From: an uncultured delta proteobacterium
Lineage (GTDB): Bacteria > Myxococcota_A > Polyangia > Polyangiales > Polyangiaceae
DNA: 64,000 nt
Direction of reading: 5' to 3'
Assembly (NCBI GenBank): GCA_963782055.1
Contig: CAWAIF010000003.1
Location: forward strand, 5,472,001-5,536,000
Positions 50,475-59,908 of this stretch are shown here, one piece after another. Below the pieces are notes generated by a model. It was given only the letters and a program-made list of their open reading frames with translations. It had not been told where the DNA came from and searched no databases. Position 1 is the stretch's first letter. The number at the start of each line of letters is the position of its first letter. Made by a program: the position numbers and the translations under genes.

Positions 50475-52235
50475 TCACACCGTGTGGATGTGGAACCCGC
50501 AGTGGGTGGCGGGGGTGCGACCCTGCAGCTCGCAGAGGACCTCCTCCGGGAGCGGGAACCAGCGCAGCGCCTCCACGTCCTTCGGCAGCGGCGGGTCGGC
50601 GGTGGGGTCCCAGCCCAAGAACTCGCCCTCCGCCTGCTCCACGATGCGCGCCGCCTCCTCGAGGTAGCCCGGCAGCGCCCACTCCGGCTCGGTCTCGTGG
50701 CGGGAGCGGTACTCCAGCTTGCCGGAGCGGTAGGAGAGATCGGCGAGGCGCTTGGTCGGCTCCGGACGCGCCTTGCGTGGGCGCCACTGCGCCGTCGCGA
50801 GGTCGAAGCGGTAGTGCGGCAGCAGCTTGTAGCCGTGACGCGCGACGAAGTGCACCGCGTCGAGCACGAACTGGAACACCGTCTCGGAGATGAAGTAGTT
50901 GAAGTTGACGCGCACCCACCCGGGCTTGACGCCCTCCGACCCGGCGAGGATCGCGCAGGCGAACTGCCGCGACGTGGTGAGGTCGATCCCCAGCAGGCGG
51001 TGGCCGTAGGGGCCGGCGCACGAGCAGCCGCCGCGCGCCTGGATGCCGAAGAGATCGTTCAGCAGGGAGACGACGAAGTTGTGGTGGAGCGCGCCCTCGC
51101 CGTGGAGCACCACGAAGGAGACGATGGAGAGGCGCCACGCGTGCTTGTTGCCCAGGATGCGGATGTTGGGGTTCTGGCCCCACGACTCGACGGCGCGGTG
51201 GATGTACGACTCCTCCTTCTGCCGGATGAGATCGACGCCGACGGCGTCCTTGAGCTGGAACACCAGACCCGCGCGGATGGACTCCAGGATGGCGGGGGTG
51301 CCACCCTCCTCGCGGTGCACCGGGTCGCTCAGGTACCGGTGCTCGCCGGCGCTGACGTAGGCGACGGTGCCCCCGCCGGGGAGCGAGGGCACGCGGTTCT
51401 TGAGCAGGTGCCGCTTGACGACGAGCACGCCGGGCGTGCCCGGCCCGCCGATGAACTTGTGCGGCGAGAGGAAGACGGCGTCCTTGTAGGCGAGGTGGGC
51501 GTCCTCGCCCTCGCCCACCGGGTTCATCTCCATCTTCACGTACGGGCCGGCCGCGGCGAAGTCCCAGAAGGCGAGGGCGCCGTGCTTGTGGAGCAGCGTG
51601 GAGATGGCGAGCGTGTTGGAGCCGATGCCGGTGACGTTGGACGCCGCGGAGAAGCTGCCGATCTTGAGGGGGCGGTCCGCGTAGGCGACGAGCTCGCGCT
51701 CCAGGTCGGCGAGATCGATGTGGCCGTCGGCGTCCTCGTCGATGACCACCACGTCGGCGATGGACTCGCGCCACGGCAGCTCGTTGGAGTGGTGCTCGTA
51801 CGGACCGATGAAGATGACCGGTCGCTCGGCGTCGGGGATGTGCCCGGAGAGACCGTAGCGGGAGTCCAGATCCGCCGGCACGCGCAGGTTGAGGATGTCG
51901 ACCAGCTTGTTGATGGCGCTGGTGGCGCCGGAGCCGCAGAAGATGACGAAGTCGTCCGGGCCGCCGCCGACGGCGTCGTGGACGACCTTGCGCGCGTCCT
52001 CGCGGAAGCGCGTCGTCTGCATGCCCGTCTGCGAGGTCTCGGTGTGGGTGTTGGCGTAGAAGGGCATGACCTCCTGACGCATGTAGTCCTCGATGAAGGC
52101 GAGCGAGCGACCGGACGCGGTGTAGTCGGCGTAGGTGACGCGGCGGGGGCCGTACGCCCCGGACAGGACCTGGTCGTCGCCGATGATGGCGTTGCGGATG
52201 GTCTCGATGAGGCGCTCGCGGGGACCGGTGGGCAT
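50475..52235 (-). CDS. Class V PLP-dependent aminotransferase (cysteine desulfurase-like)
   Basis: 'YADYTASGR', 'EHHSN', 'SPHKFIGGPG', 'RGGCSCAGPY'. Confidence 0.92.
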   Translation of the reverse strand: MPTGPRERLIETIRNAIIGDDQVLSGAYGPRRVTYADYTASGRSLAFIEDYMRQEVMPFYANTHTETSQTGMQTTRFREDARKVVHDAVGGGPDDFVIFCGSGATSAINKLVDILNLRVPADLDSRYGLSGHIPDAERPVIFIGPYEHHSNELPWRESIADVVVIDEDADGHIDLADLERELVAYADRPLKIGSFSAASNVTGIGSNTLAISTLLHKHGALAFWDFAAAGPYVKMEMNPVGEGEDAHLAYKDAVFLSPHKFIGGPGTPGVLVVKRHLLKNRVPSLPGGGTVAYVSAGEHRYLSDPVHREEGGTPAILESIRAGLVFQLKDAVGVDLIRQKEESYIHRAVESWGQNPNIRILGNKHAWRLSIVSFVVLHGEGALHHNFVVSLLNDLFGIQARGGCSCAGPYGHRLLGIDLTTSRQFACAILAGSEGVKPGWVRVNFNYFISETVFQFVLDAVHFVARHGYKLLPHYRFDLATAQWRPRKARPEPTKRLADLSYRSGKLEYRSRHETEPEWALPGYLEEAARIVEQAEGEFLGWDPTADPPLPKDVEALRWFPLPEEVLCELQGRTPATHCGFHIHTV

Positions 52236-52299
52236 GGCGCTGCAAAGCATACTCCTGTACGTGTTGGGTTGCCTCCCCGGTCAAGAGCCGGTGAGGTAG

Positions 52300-52452
52300 T
52301 CGCGGCCGGTCCGGGAGGAGCGCCCAGCGTCCTCCGTGCCTAGAGCACCTCGAGGGGACACTGCGCCCTCCCGGACCGCGTCGGGATGCAACGTCCGACC
52401 GGAAGTCGCGCCACGAGCGCCAGTAACAGGAGCGATGAGTGCATCTCGGCTG
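52300..52452 (+). ncRNA. Putative IS110 bridge RNA (ends approximate)
   Basis: Two stem-closed internal loops whose segments match the flanks and the element ends. Confidence 0.75.
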
Positions 52453-52475
52453 GCCGTTTCGAAAGGAGGTCCGTC

Positions 52476-53732
52476 GTGGATGAAGGCAAATTGTTCGTGG
52501 GCATCGATTGGGGCACGGGCACCCACCAGGTGTGCGTGCTCGACAGCGACCGCAAGGTCATCGACCAGCGGCAGGTGGAGCACGACGGCGAAGCCATCGC
52601 CGCGATGGCCGACCGGCTGCTGACGCTGGCGCACGGTGACGCGACCAGGCTGGCCGTGGGCATCGAGACGCCGTGGAGCGCGGTCGCCGAGGCGCTGCTC
52701 GAGCGCGGCATTCATGTATTTTACATCAACCCCAAGCAGCTCGATCGCTTCCGCGATCGGCACACCGCCTCCGGCGCCAAGGACGACCGGCGCGACGCCT
52801 TCGTCATCGCGGACTCGTTGCGGACCGACGCCCACGCCTTCCACCAGATCAAGGTCGGCGACCCGCGCCTGGTGGAGCTGCGGGAGCTGTCGCGCATGAA
52901 CGACGAGCTACGGAAGGACGTACACGCGCTCGCCGGCCGTCTCCACGCGCAGATGGTCCGCGTCTTCCCGCAGGTCCTCGAGCTCGGCTCCGTCTACACC
53001 GACCTTTGGCTGCTGGCCTTGCTGAGCCGTGCGCCGACGCCGGAGCAGCTCAAGGAGCTGAGCCTCGCGAAGGTCCGCGTGGTGCTCACCACCCACCAGG
53101 TCCGCAAGTGGACGCCCGAGCAGGTGTGCGCGACGTTGCGCAAGAAGCCGCTGACGGTGGCGCCCGGCGTCATGACCGCGGCGGCCGCACACGTCCGCGC
53201 GTTGCTGCCGCGACTGCTGCTGCTTCACCAGCAGATGCGCGAGACGCGCGCCGCGATGCGCGGGCTGCTCGACGACCTCGCCAAGCCCTCCGAGGAGCCA
53301 GACAAAAATGAGCATCGTGACGTGACCATCCTTCGATCCTTGCCGGGCGTCGGAATGATTGTCGCCGCCACGATGCTCACCGAGGCGCCTGAAGCGCTCG
53401 CCGCTCGAGACTATCACCGGTTGCGCCTGCTCTGTGGGACTGCGCCGGTGACCCGACAGAGCGGAAAGTCGTGGTCCGCCTCGATGCGCCGCGCCTGCAG
53501 CCGCCGGCTGCGGGCGGCCGTCTTCCACATGACCAACACCCTCATCGCCCACGACCCCCGCGCCAAGGCGCTGTACGCGGCGCACCGCGGTCGCGGGCAC
53601 ACCCGAGGGCACGCGCTCCGAGCCGTCGCAGACCGCGCGCTGGCCATGCTGGTGGCGATGCTCCGCGACGGCAGGGTGTACGACCCGAGCCGCCGCGGCG
53701 TACCCGCCGCGCCTGTTGCCGCATCTTCCTGA
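52476..53732 (+). CDS. IS110-family recombinase/transposase
   Basis: DEDD residues 'GIDWG', 'GIET', 'KDDRRDA'; 'SLPGVG'; catalytic-Ser region 'RQSG'; AGGAGG RBS. Confidence 0.96.
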   Translation: MDEGKLFVGIDWGTGTHQVCVLDSDRKVIDQRQVEHDGEAIAAMADRLLTLAHGDATRLAVGIETPWSAVAEALLERGIHVFYINPKQLDRFRDRHTASGAKDDRRDAFVIADSLRTDAHAFHQIKVGDPRLVELRELSRMNDELRKDVHALAGRLHAQMVRVFPQVLELGSVYTDLWLLALLSRAPTPEQLKELSLAKVRVVLTTHQVRKWTPEQVCATLRKKPLTVAPGVMTAAAAHVRALLPRLLLLHQQMRETRAAMRGLLDDLAKPSEEPDKNEHRDVTILRSLPGVGMIVAATMLTEAPEALAARDYHRLRLLCGTAPVTRQSGKSWSASMRRACSRRLRAAVFHMTNTLIAHDPRAKALYAAHRGRGHTRGHALRAVADRALAMLVAMLRDGRVYDPSRRGVPAAPVAASS

Positions 53733-53801
53733 CGAAATCGGGCTTGCCAACACACCGGAAGTCCCCTCGCCGGCTCGCCGCTCACCGGGCATACTCGCGC
53801 C

Positions 53802-54497
53802 ATGCGCCGCGCCGTCCTCCCGCTCCTGTTCGCCGTGGCCGTGGCCGCGTGCCATGGCTCCAGCACCGACTCCACGCCGGCCCCCCCCGCGAGCGCGAGC
53901 GCGCCTGCGCCGGGCGAGACAGCCCCGCCGCCGTCCGCCACGGCCGCGCTCGCGCCGCCCCCCCTGGCGTCGGCCTCCGCCGCCGACACCTCGGCTGTGG
54001 GCGCCGCGGCCGGCGCGACCGGCGCTGTGGGCGCCGCGGCCGGCGCGACCGCCCACGCGGGCGCGCCCACGACGACCGCCGCGGCCCCCTCGGCGCCGCT
54101 CGTGCCGGGGACCGGGTCGCACTTCGAGGGCAAGCACTTCACCCTCGACGTGCCCGCGCCGGCCGGGTGCGCGAAGGGCCAGCCGTGCTCCTTCGTGGCG
54201 AAGCTCACCGCCACCGGCGCGTTCCACGTCAACAAGGAGTACCCCTACAAGCTGACGATGACCGCCGTGCCCGGGGTGGAGTTCCTCGGCAACGACGTCG
54301 CCGCCCGCACGGTCTTCTCCAAGCACGGCGGCGACTTCACCGTCTCCGGCGAGAAGTCCGGGACGATGGTGGTGCGCTACCAGCCGAAGGTGTCCGGCCC
54401 CGTCAACTTCACCGGCACGCTCAAGCTGAGTGTGTGCAACGCCAGCACGTGCCTGATGGACCAGGCGCCCGTGAAGGCGTCGGTCCCCGTCCGTTGA
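53802..54497 (+). CDS. Hypothetical lipoprotein
   Basis: 'VAAC' lipobox, Ala/Pro linker with a 30-bp duplication, 'FHVNKEYP', 'LSVCNASTC'. Confidence 0.8.
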   Translation: MRRAVLPLLFAVAVAACHGSSTDSTPAPPASASAPAPGETAPPPSATAALAPPPLASASAADTSAVGAAAGATGAVGAAAGATAHAGAPTTTAAAPSAPLVPGTGSHFEGKHFTLDVPAPAGCAKGQPCSFVAKLTATGAFHVNKEYPYKLTMTAVPGVEFLGNDVAARTVFSKHGGDFTVSGEKSGTMVVRYQPKVSGPVNFTGTLKLSVCNASTCLMDQAPVKASVPVR

Positions 54498-55069
54498 GCC
54501 TCCGCCGCACCGCGAACGTCGCCCTCGTCGCCGACCGCGAGCACTACGACGAGCTCGTGATGGGCGTGGTGGTCAAGGCCCGCACGCAGGTGTGGATCGC
54601 GACGGCCAACCTGAAGGAGATGATGCTGGAGGCGCCCATCGGCACCACGGCGCGCGCGCGCGGACGCTACATGTCGGTGCTGGAGGTGTTCCGCGATCTC
54701 GTCGCCCGCGGCGTGGACGTGCGCATCCTGCACGCGTCGCCGCCCTCGGGCCCCTTCCGGCGGTCGCTCGCGCGCTTCACGCCGGGGGCGCGCCGCCGGG
54801 GCTTCCAGATGCGCATGTGCCCGCGCGTGCACCTCAAGGTGATCGCGGTGGACGGCGCGTCGCTCTACCTCGGCAGCGCCAACTTCACGGGCGCAGGCCT
54901 GGGCGCGAAGGGCGACGGCCGGCGCAACTTCGAGATGGGGGTGCTCACCGACGACGACGTGCTGCTCGACACCGCGCAGGCGCGCTTCGACCGCATCTGG
55001 TCGGGGAAGGAGTGCGCCGGGTGCAAGCTGCGCCGCCTGTGCCCCAAGCCGATCGACACGCTGAAGTGA
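54494..55069 (+). CDS. Small phospholipase D/Nuc-like HKD protein
   Basis: 'HLKVIAVD...GSANFT...NFEMG'; C-terminal CxxC-x5-C; TTGA overlap start. Confidence 0.85.
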   Translation: MSLRRTANVALVADREHYDELVMGVVVKARTQVWIATANLKEMMLEAPIGTTARARGRYMSVLEVFRDLVARGVDVRILHASPPSGPFRRSLARFTPGARRRGFQMRMCPRVHLKVIAVDGASLYLGSANFTGAGLGAKGDGRRNFEMGVLTDDDVLLDTAQARFDRIWSGKECAGCKLRRLCPKPIDTLK

Positions 55070-55091
55070 CGCGGCGGCGCGAAGGCGTCAG

Positions 55092-55886
55092 TCAGTTCGC
55101 CGCCCAGGAGCGCATCGCCGACTCGAGCGCCCAGCGCGCGACCACCGCCGTGCGCCCCTGCCGGCGCTTGACGAAGGTGGTGTACTTGCGCTTGGCGAAG
55201 AGCCACGTCATGGGGAAGAAGGTTCGGGTGTACGTCTCGCCGGGGAAGGCGCTCTCAAAATCGGTGCGCGCCCAGTCGGCGCTGAAGCTGGTGTAGGCGT
55301 CGGGCGTGGCGAGGTTGGGGTTGTAGCGGTCGACGGTGGTGTAGTCGGGCGACCACTTCATCGTCGCCATCCACTCGAAGTGGTCCATCTCCGCCCAGGT
55401 GCCCTGGTGCTCCACGCCGAAGGCGTGGGCGGGGACGCCCAGATCCTCCACGTAGTGGAGCAGGATGCCGAGCAGGAAGAAGGCGCGGGCGTGCAGGCCC
55501 CAGCGGTAGTCCTCGTCCGCCCAGGCCCACAGGCGCTCGGGGTGCTTGCAGGCGGCGTTGGTACCCTCCACCTCCGCGCGGATCGCCTCCAGGTCGGCGT
55601 CGCCGGTGGGGAGCTCGTGCACCTCGCTGTTGGCGCCGCGCAGGATCTCGTCCCTGTACGCGAGCACCTCCGGGTAGCTCGTGCCGACGTGCTGGATGGC
55701 GTACTCGGTCAGGTAGGAGTGCGTGGCGTGGGTGGGGTTGTGGTGCTGACTGTCCCACGCCTGCTGATCCGCCTCGGTGAACTCCGGGTCGATGTCTTCC
55801 CCGCTGGGGTCTGCGCCGGCAGCCATGGCGCAGGCGCTCAGTCCGAAGACGAAGAGGAGGAACCAGACCAGGCGGCTGAGCTTCAT
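55092..55886 (-). CDS. Zinc-dependent phospholipase C/P1-nuclease-like lipoprotein
   Basis: 'W..(H)..THATH', 'LHYVEDLGVPAH', 'DHFE'. Confidence 0.7.
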   Translation of the reverse strand: MKLSRLVWFLLFVFGLSACAMAAGADPSGEDIDPEFTEADQQAWDSQHHNPTHATHSYLTEYAIQHVGTSYPEVLAYRDEILRGANSEVHELPTGDADLEAIRAEVEGTNAACKHPERLWAWADEDYRWGLHARAFFLLGILLHYVEDLGVPAHAFGVEHQGTWAEMDHFEWMATMKWSPDYTTVDRYNPNLATPDAYTSFSADWARTDFESAFPGETYTRTFFPMTWLFAKRKYTTFVKRRQGRTAVVARWALESAMRSWAAN

Positions 55887-56032
55887 GGCCGGGAAACCTA
55901 CATCGTCGTACAGGGTATGCAAGTGGAATCTTGTCGCCTACATGTGGCAGATACGCGAGCGCCTATCACGTTGAAATCATTAGATCTCACCCCGCGCCCG
56001 GCCCCCCCCTCCCCTCACCTGCCCGTCCCGAT

Positions 56033-56064
56033 CGTCGGAGTGCAAGGATGCTTCCACTCCGACG
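56033..56064. repeat. 32-bp palindromic element, copy 2
   Basis: CGTCGGAGTGCAAG-GATG-CTTCCACTCCGACG, with a C-rich tract on the left and a G-rich tract on the right. Confidence 0.7.
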
Positions 56065-56131
56065 GGTGGGTGCGGTTCGGGGCTGGGGGGCGGGCGGGGC
56101 GGTTGCGGGCGGGGCGGTTGGCCTCGGGGTG

Positions 56132-57703
56132 CTAGCCCGGGATCAGGCGGCGGAGCTCCGCCTCATCGCCCCGTTGCATCGCGGCCTCCGTCCTCAGGCT
56201 GACGTCGTCGCGCATGACGGTGGCGACGGCGAGCGTCCGGTCGCCCTGCCGGTAGGCGACCGCGCAGTCGCGGGCGGAGGGATCCCCCGCGATGTCCACC
56301 CGGTCCCAGGCCGCCGCGTGCCCCACGTACGCCACGGGCACGTCGTAGTGCTGGCTCCAGAAGAAGGGGACGGTGTCGAAGCGCACGTCCTGGCCGAGGA
56401 TGCTGCGCGCCGCCGTCTGGCCCTGCCGCTCGGCCACCACCCAGTGCTCGATCCGCAGTCGCCCACCGCGCGGGTCGGGGTAGCTGGCGATGTCGCCCGC
56501 GGCCCACACCCCCGCGACGCTGGCGCGCAGCTGCGCGTCGACGACCACGCCGCGCTCCACCTTGATGCCCGCCTCCTCGGCCAGCGTCAGGTCGGGGCGC
56601 ACGCCGACGCCCATCACCACCAGGTCGGCCGCGATCGCCTCGCCGCCGGCGAGCGTCACCTGGGTCTGGTCGATCGCGATGGGCTTGTCCTCCAGGTGGA
56701 AGACCACGCCGTGCTCCTCGTGCAGGGCGCGGATCATGTCGCCGAGCTCCTTGCCGAGCACCCGCTCCAGCGGGCGCGACTCCGGCGCGACCACGTGGAC
56801 CTCCAGGCCTCGCGCGCGCAGCGACGCGGCGACCTCCAGGCCGATGAAGCTGGCGCCCGCGACGACCGCGCGCTTCGCGCCCGCCACCTTCGCCAGGATG
56901 GCGTGGGTGTCGGCCAGCGAGCGCAGGACGAAGACGTGCGGCAGGTCCGCGCCCGGGATGGGCAGGCGCACCGGCTCCGCGCCCGTCGCCAGCAGCAGCG
57001 CGTCGTAGGAGAGCGAGCCGCCGTCGGACAGGAAGACCATGCGCGAGGACGGGTCGAGGCGAGTGACGCGCACGCCGAGCAACAGGTCGATGCGGTGCGC
57101 GGCGTAGAAGTCCCGCGGCCGCAGGGGGATCCACTCCTCCGGCGCGGTGCCCGCGAGGTAGTCCTTGGAGAGGTTGGGGCGATCCACCGGGCCATCGGCG
57201 TCCTCGCCGATGAGGCGGACCGAACCGTCGAAGCCCTCGCGGCGGAGCATCTCGGCGGCGGCGGCGCCTGCCGCGCCGGCGCCCACGATGACGACGCGCG
57301 ACGGGAGGCCGGAGCCGGGCGTCCCCACCGGCGCGTTGCCGCCCGGCCGGTCGGAGAAGGCGTCCTTCTTGCGCAGCACGACCAGCCGGTCCGCGCGCTG
57401 CTCCACCTCCCAGCACGGCACCGCGTTCAGCCCGGGGGCGGCGAGGGCGGCGCCCGTCTCCAGGCTGAAGCAGGCGTGGTGCCACGGGCAGCGTACGGTG
57501 TCGCCGACGACGAGCCCCTCGCCCAGAGGACCGCCGTAATGCGTGCAGGTTGCACCTATCGCGAAGACCCGCTCCCCGCGGCGAGCGACCAGCACCGACT
57601 CGCCGCCGGCGTGCCCCACGAGCGAGCCGCCGTCGGGCACGTCCGCCGCCAGGATTCCCTGCTCAAGATCCGGCCCGGTGAGCTGGCCCTCTCCGCTTCC
57701 CAT
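56132..57703 (-). CDS. Rieske [2Fe-2S] plus FAD-dependent oxidoreductase (AIF-like)
   Basis: 'CTHYGGPL', 'CPWHHACF', 'GAGAAG', 'DRPNLSKDYL', 'AAGDIA', 'PFFWS'. Confidence 0.95.
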   Translation of the reverse strand: MGSGEGQLTGPDLEQGILAADVPDGGSLVGHAGGESVLVARRGERVFAIGATCTHYGGPLGEGLVVGDTVRCPWHHACFSLETGAALAAPGLNAVPCWEVEQRADRLVVLRKKDAFSDRPGGNAPVGTPGSGLPSRVVIVGAGAAGAAAAEMLRREGFDGSVRLIGEDADGPVDRPNLSKDYLAGTAPEEWIPLRPRDFYAAHRIDLLLGVRVTRLDPSSRMVFLSDGGSLSYDALLLATGAEPVRLPIPGADLPHVFVLRSLADTHAILAKVAGAKRAVVAGASFIGLEVAASLRARGLEVHVVAPESRPLERVLGKELGDMIRALHEEHGVVFHLEDKPIAIDQTQVTLAGGEAIAADLVVMGVGVRPDLTLAEEAGIKVERGVVVDAQLRASVAGVWAAGDIASYPDPRGGRLRIEHWVVAERQGQTAARSILGQDVRFDTVPFFWSQHYDVPVAYVGHAAAWDRVDIAGDPSARDCAVAYRQGDRTLAVATVMRDDVSLRTEAAMQRGDEAELRRLIPG

Positions 57704-57871
57704 GGTCCCGAGCATACGTGGGGCACCGACCATGTCACGCGCGCCGTCACACTCACCCATCGCCCTCGCGGCGGGCGGTCGCTGAAGACCAGCCTCGTCC
57801 AGCGTCGGGGAGGTCGCGCGCGCGGGGAGGCGAAGTGACTGCGCGCCCCTGCTGAGGGACAATGGCCCGGC

Positions 57872-58924
57872 GTGGATCCGGACCCCATCGCCGAGCTGCG
57901 AGAGCGGCAGGCCAAGCTCGAGAAGGAGAACGCGAGGCAGCGAGCGATCACGCGCGGGGTCCTCGCGGCGGTGGCGGCGGCCGCGGTGGGGATCGTCCTG
58001 TACCGGTACACCCACCCGGCGGCGCCGCCCCGCGGCGCGGCGGCGGCAGGCTCCGGCGTCACGCCCGCGCCCACGCGCTCGTCCCTCGCACCAGCCGCGA
58101 CCGGGGCGCCCGCGCCCGCGTGGACGAGGGTGGCGCTGCCGCGCGCTGCGTCCCTCGACGCCGTCAGCTCGGGGGCGGATGCCACCTTCGCCGTCGGCGA
58201 GGCCGGGACCATCCTGCGCGCGCCGGCCGGCGGCCCGTGGGCGGTGCAGGCCTCCGGAACGAGCGCGGATCTGCACGGCGTCGCGCAGCAGGCGGGGCGC
58301 GCCGTGGCGGTGGGCGATCACGGCACCGTCCTCGAGCTCTCCGGTTCTGCGTGGAAGCCGGCGGCGCGGATCGCCGACGTGGCCCTGCGCGCGGTGGCCT
58401 ACTCCTCCTACGGCGTCATCGCGGTGGGCGACGGCGGCACCATCCTCATCGATCTGGACGGCAGCTGGCGGCGCGACGACAGCGGCACCACCGCCGACCT
58501 CTTCGGCGTCTGCGCCGGCCTGCGCGAGGCCTACGTCGTCGGCGCGGGAGGCACCGTCCTGCGCCGCGAGGGCTTCGTGTGGAAGCGTGTCCCGGTCCCG
58601 ACGCAGGCCGACCTGCTCGGCGTGGCGTGCGACGACGCCAGGGCGACCGCCGTCGGGCGCGGCGGCGTGGTGGTGCGGCGCGACGCGCCCTCGTCCCCCT
58701 TCAAGGTGGTGGCGAGCGGCGCCGGGCGGGACCTCGAGGCGGTCTCCTCCCCGTCCTACACGCCGAGCTATCTCGCGGTCGGCGCGGGCGGTCTGGTGGT
58801 GCGCGCGGTCGCCGACTACCGGCCCGTCGCCGGCGCGGTGCAGGGCGACCTTCACGCCGTCGTCGAGGGGCCGACGGGCACCTTCGCCGCGGGCGATCAG
58901 GGCCTCTTCCGTCCTGCGCGCTGA
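57872..58924 (+). CDS. Membrane-anchored YCF48/BNR-like beta-propeller protein
   Basis: Repeats 'AVG..GTIL..W', 'TADL.GV'. Confidence 0.8.
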   Translation: MDPDPIAELRERQAKLEKENARQRAITRGVLAAVAAAAVGIVLYRYTHPAAPPRGAAAAGSGVTPAPTRSSLAPAATGAPAPAWTRVALPRAASLDAVSSGADATFAVGEAGTILRAPAGGPWAVQASGTSADLHGVAQQAGRAVAVGDHGTVLELSGSAWKPAARIADVALRAVAYSSYGVIAVGDGGTILIDLDGSWRRDDSGTTADLFGVCAGLREAYVVGAGGTVLRREGFVWKRVPVPTQADLLGVACDDARATAVGRGGVVVRRDAPSSPFKVVASGAGRDLEAVSSPSYTPSYLAVGAGGLVVRAVADYRPVAGAVQGDLHAVVEGPTGTFAAGDQGLFRPAR

Positions 58925-59051
58925 AGAACCGTCCAGGAGTCGCGATCGCGCGACGAAGTCTCGCGTCACTGGCGAGGAGGGGGCGGCGCGCGCCGCCCCC
59001 GCGACAACCTTTTGAGACGCGCCGCGAGACCTGGGGTGCTAGCATGCCCGC

Positions 59052-59894
59052 ATGTTTCCGCCTCGCCGTGCATTCCTTCTCTTGGTGTCCCTGCTCGCGG
59101 CCCTCGCCTGCGGGTGCGGAGCGCGCGCCGGTCTGGACGACCCCGACGCCATCATCCCGCCGGACATGGACAGCGGCCTTCCGGACAACATCGCGCCGCC
59201 GCCCAACAGCTGCGGCAACGGCACGTGCGACGGCCAGGACACCTGCACCAACTGCCCGGGCGACTGCGGCTTCTGCCAGACGTGCGGCGACGGCACCTGC
59301 CAGGCAGACGAGAACTGCAACGCCTGCCCGCAGGACTGCGGCGCGTGCCCCAAGTGCGGTGACGGCTTCTGCTCCGGCGCGGAGAACTGCTCCACGTGCG
59401 CGCCCGACTGCGGCAAGTGCGCGAGCTGCGGCGACGGCACCTGCAACGGCACGACGGAGGACTGCTTCACCTGCCCCGACGACTGCGGCAAGTGCCAGGG
59501 CTGCGGGGACGGCACCTGCTCCAACGGGGAAAACTGCAGCTCGTGCCCGCACGACTGCGGCGTGTGCGCGGTGTGCGGCAACAACAAGTGCGAGAAGTAC
59601 GAGACGTGCGCCAACTGCCCGGACGACTGCGGCCAGTGCACGACCAACTCCTGCTTCCAGGCCTTCACCTGCTCGATCAAGTGCATCGACACCAAGACCA
59701 AGCCGCCCAACGTCAGCCTGTCCTGCCTGGCCAACTGCGTGGCCCTGGGCTGCCCGAACACGCAGTTCTTCCTGGACCAGGCGGTGAACTGCGCCATCGG
59801 GGCCGCCTTCGGGCAGTGCGGCGGGGACTTCAACTGCATCAGCAAGGCGTGCGGAACCGAGATCGCCGCGTGCCTCGGCTCGACCTGCCCCTGA
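59052..59894 (+). CDS. Cys-rich repeat lipoprotein
   Basis: Six repeats of CG(D/N)GxC...ExCxxCPxDCGxC. Confidence 0.85.
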   Translation: MFPPRRAFLLLVSLLAALACGCGARAGLDDPDAIIPPDMDSGLPDNIAPPPNSCGNGTCDGQDTCTNCPGDCGFCQTCGDGTCQADENCNACPQDCGACPKCGDGFCSGAENCSTCAPDCGKCASCGDGTCNGTTEDCFTCPDDCGKCQGCGDGTCSNGENCSSCPHDCGVCAVCGNNKCEKYETCANCPDDCGQCTTNSCFQAFTCSIKCIDTKTKPPNVSLSCLANCVALGCPNTQFFLDQAVNCAIGAAFGQCGGDFNCISKACGTEIAACLGSTCP

Positions 59895-59908
59895 GGCGTC
59901 GACCCCGC

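Larger units (their letters stand above)
52251..53762 (+). mobile_element. IS110-family insertion sequence, apparently intact
   Basis: Recombinase plus about 225-nt non-coding left end; subterminal inverted repeats GTGTTGG (52261) / CCAACAC (53747); ends inferred from guide matches. Confidence 0.85.

Noticed and set aside
58980..59001. GGGGGCGGCGCGCGCCGCCCCC palindrome as a terminator or mobile repeat
   Set aside because: Single copy, pure GC, with no adjacent U-tract; not enough support.
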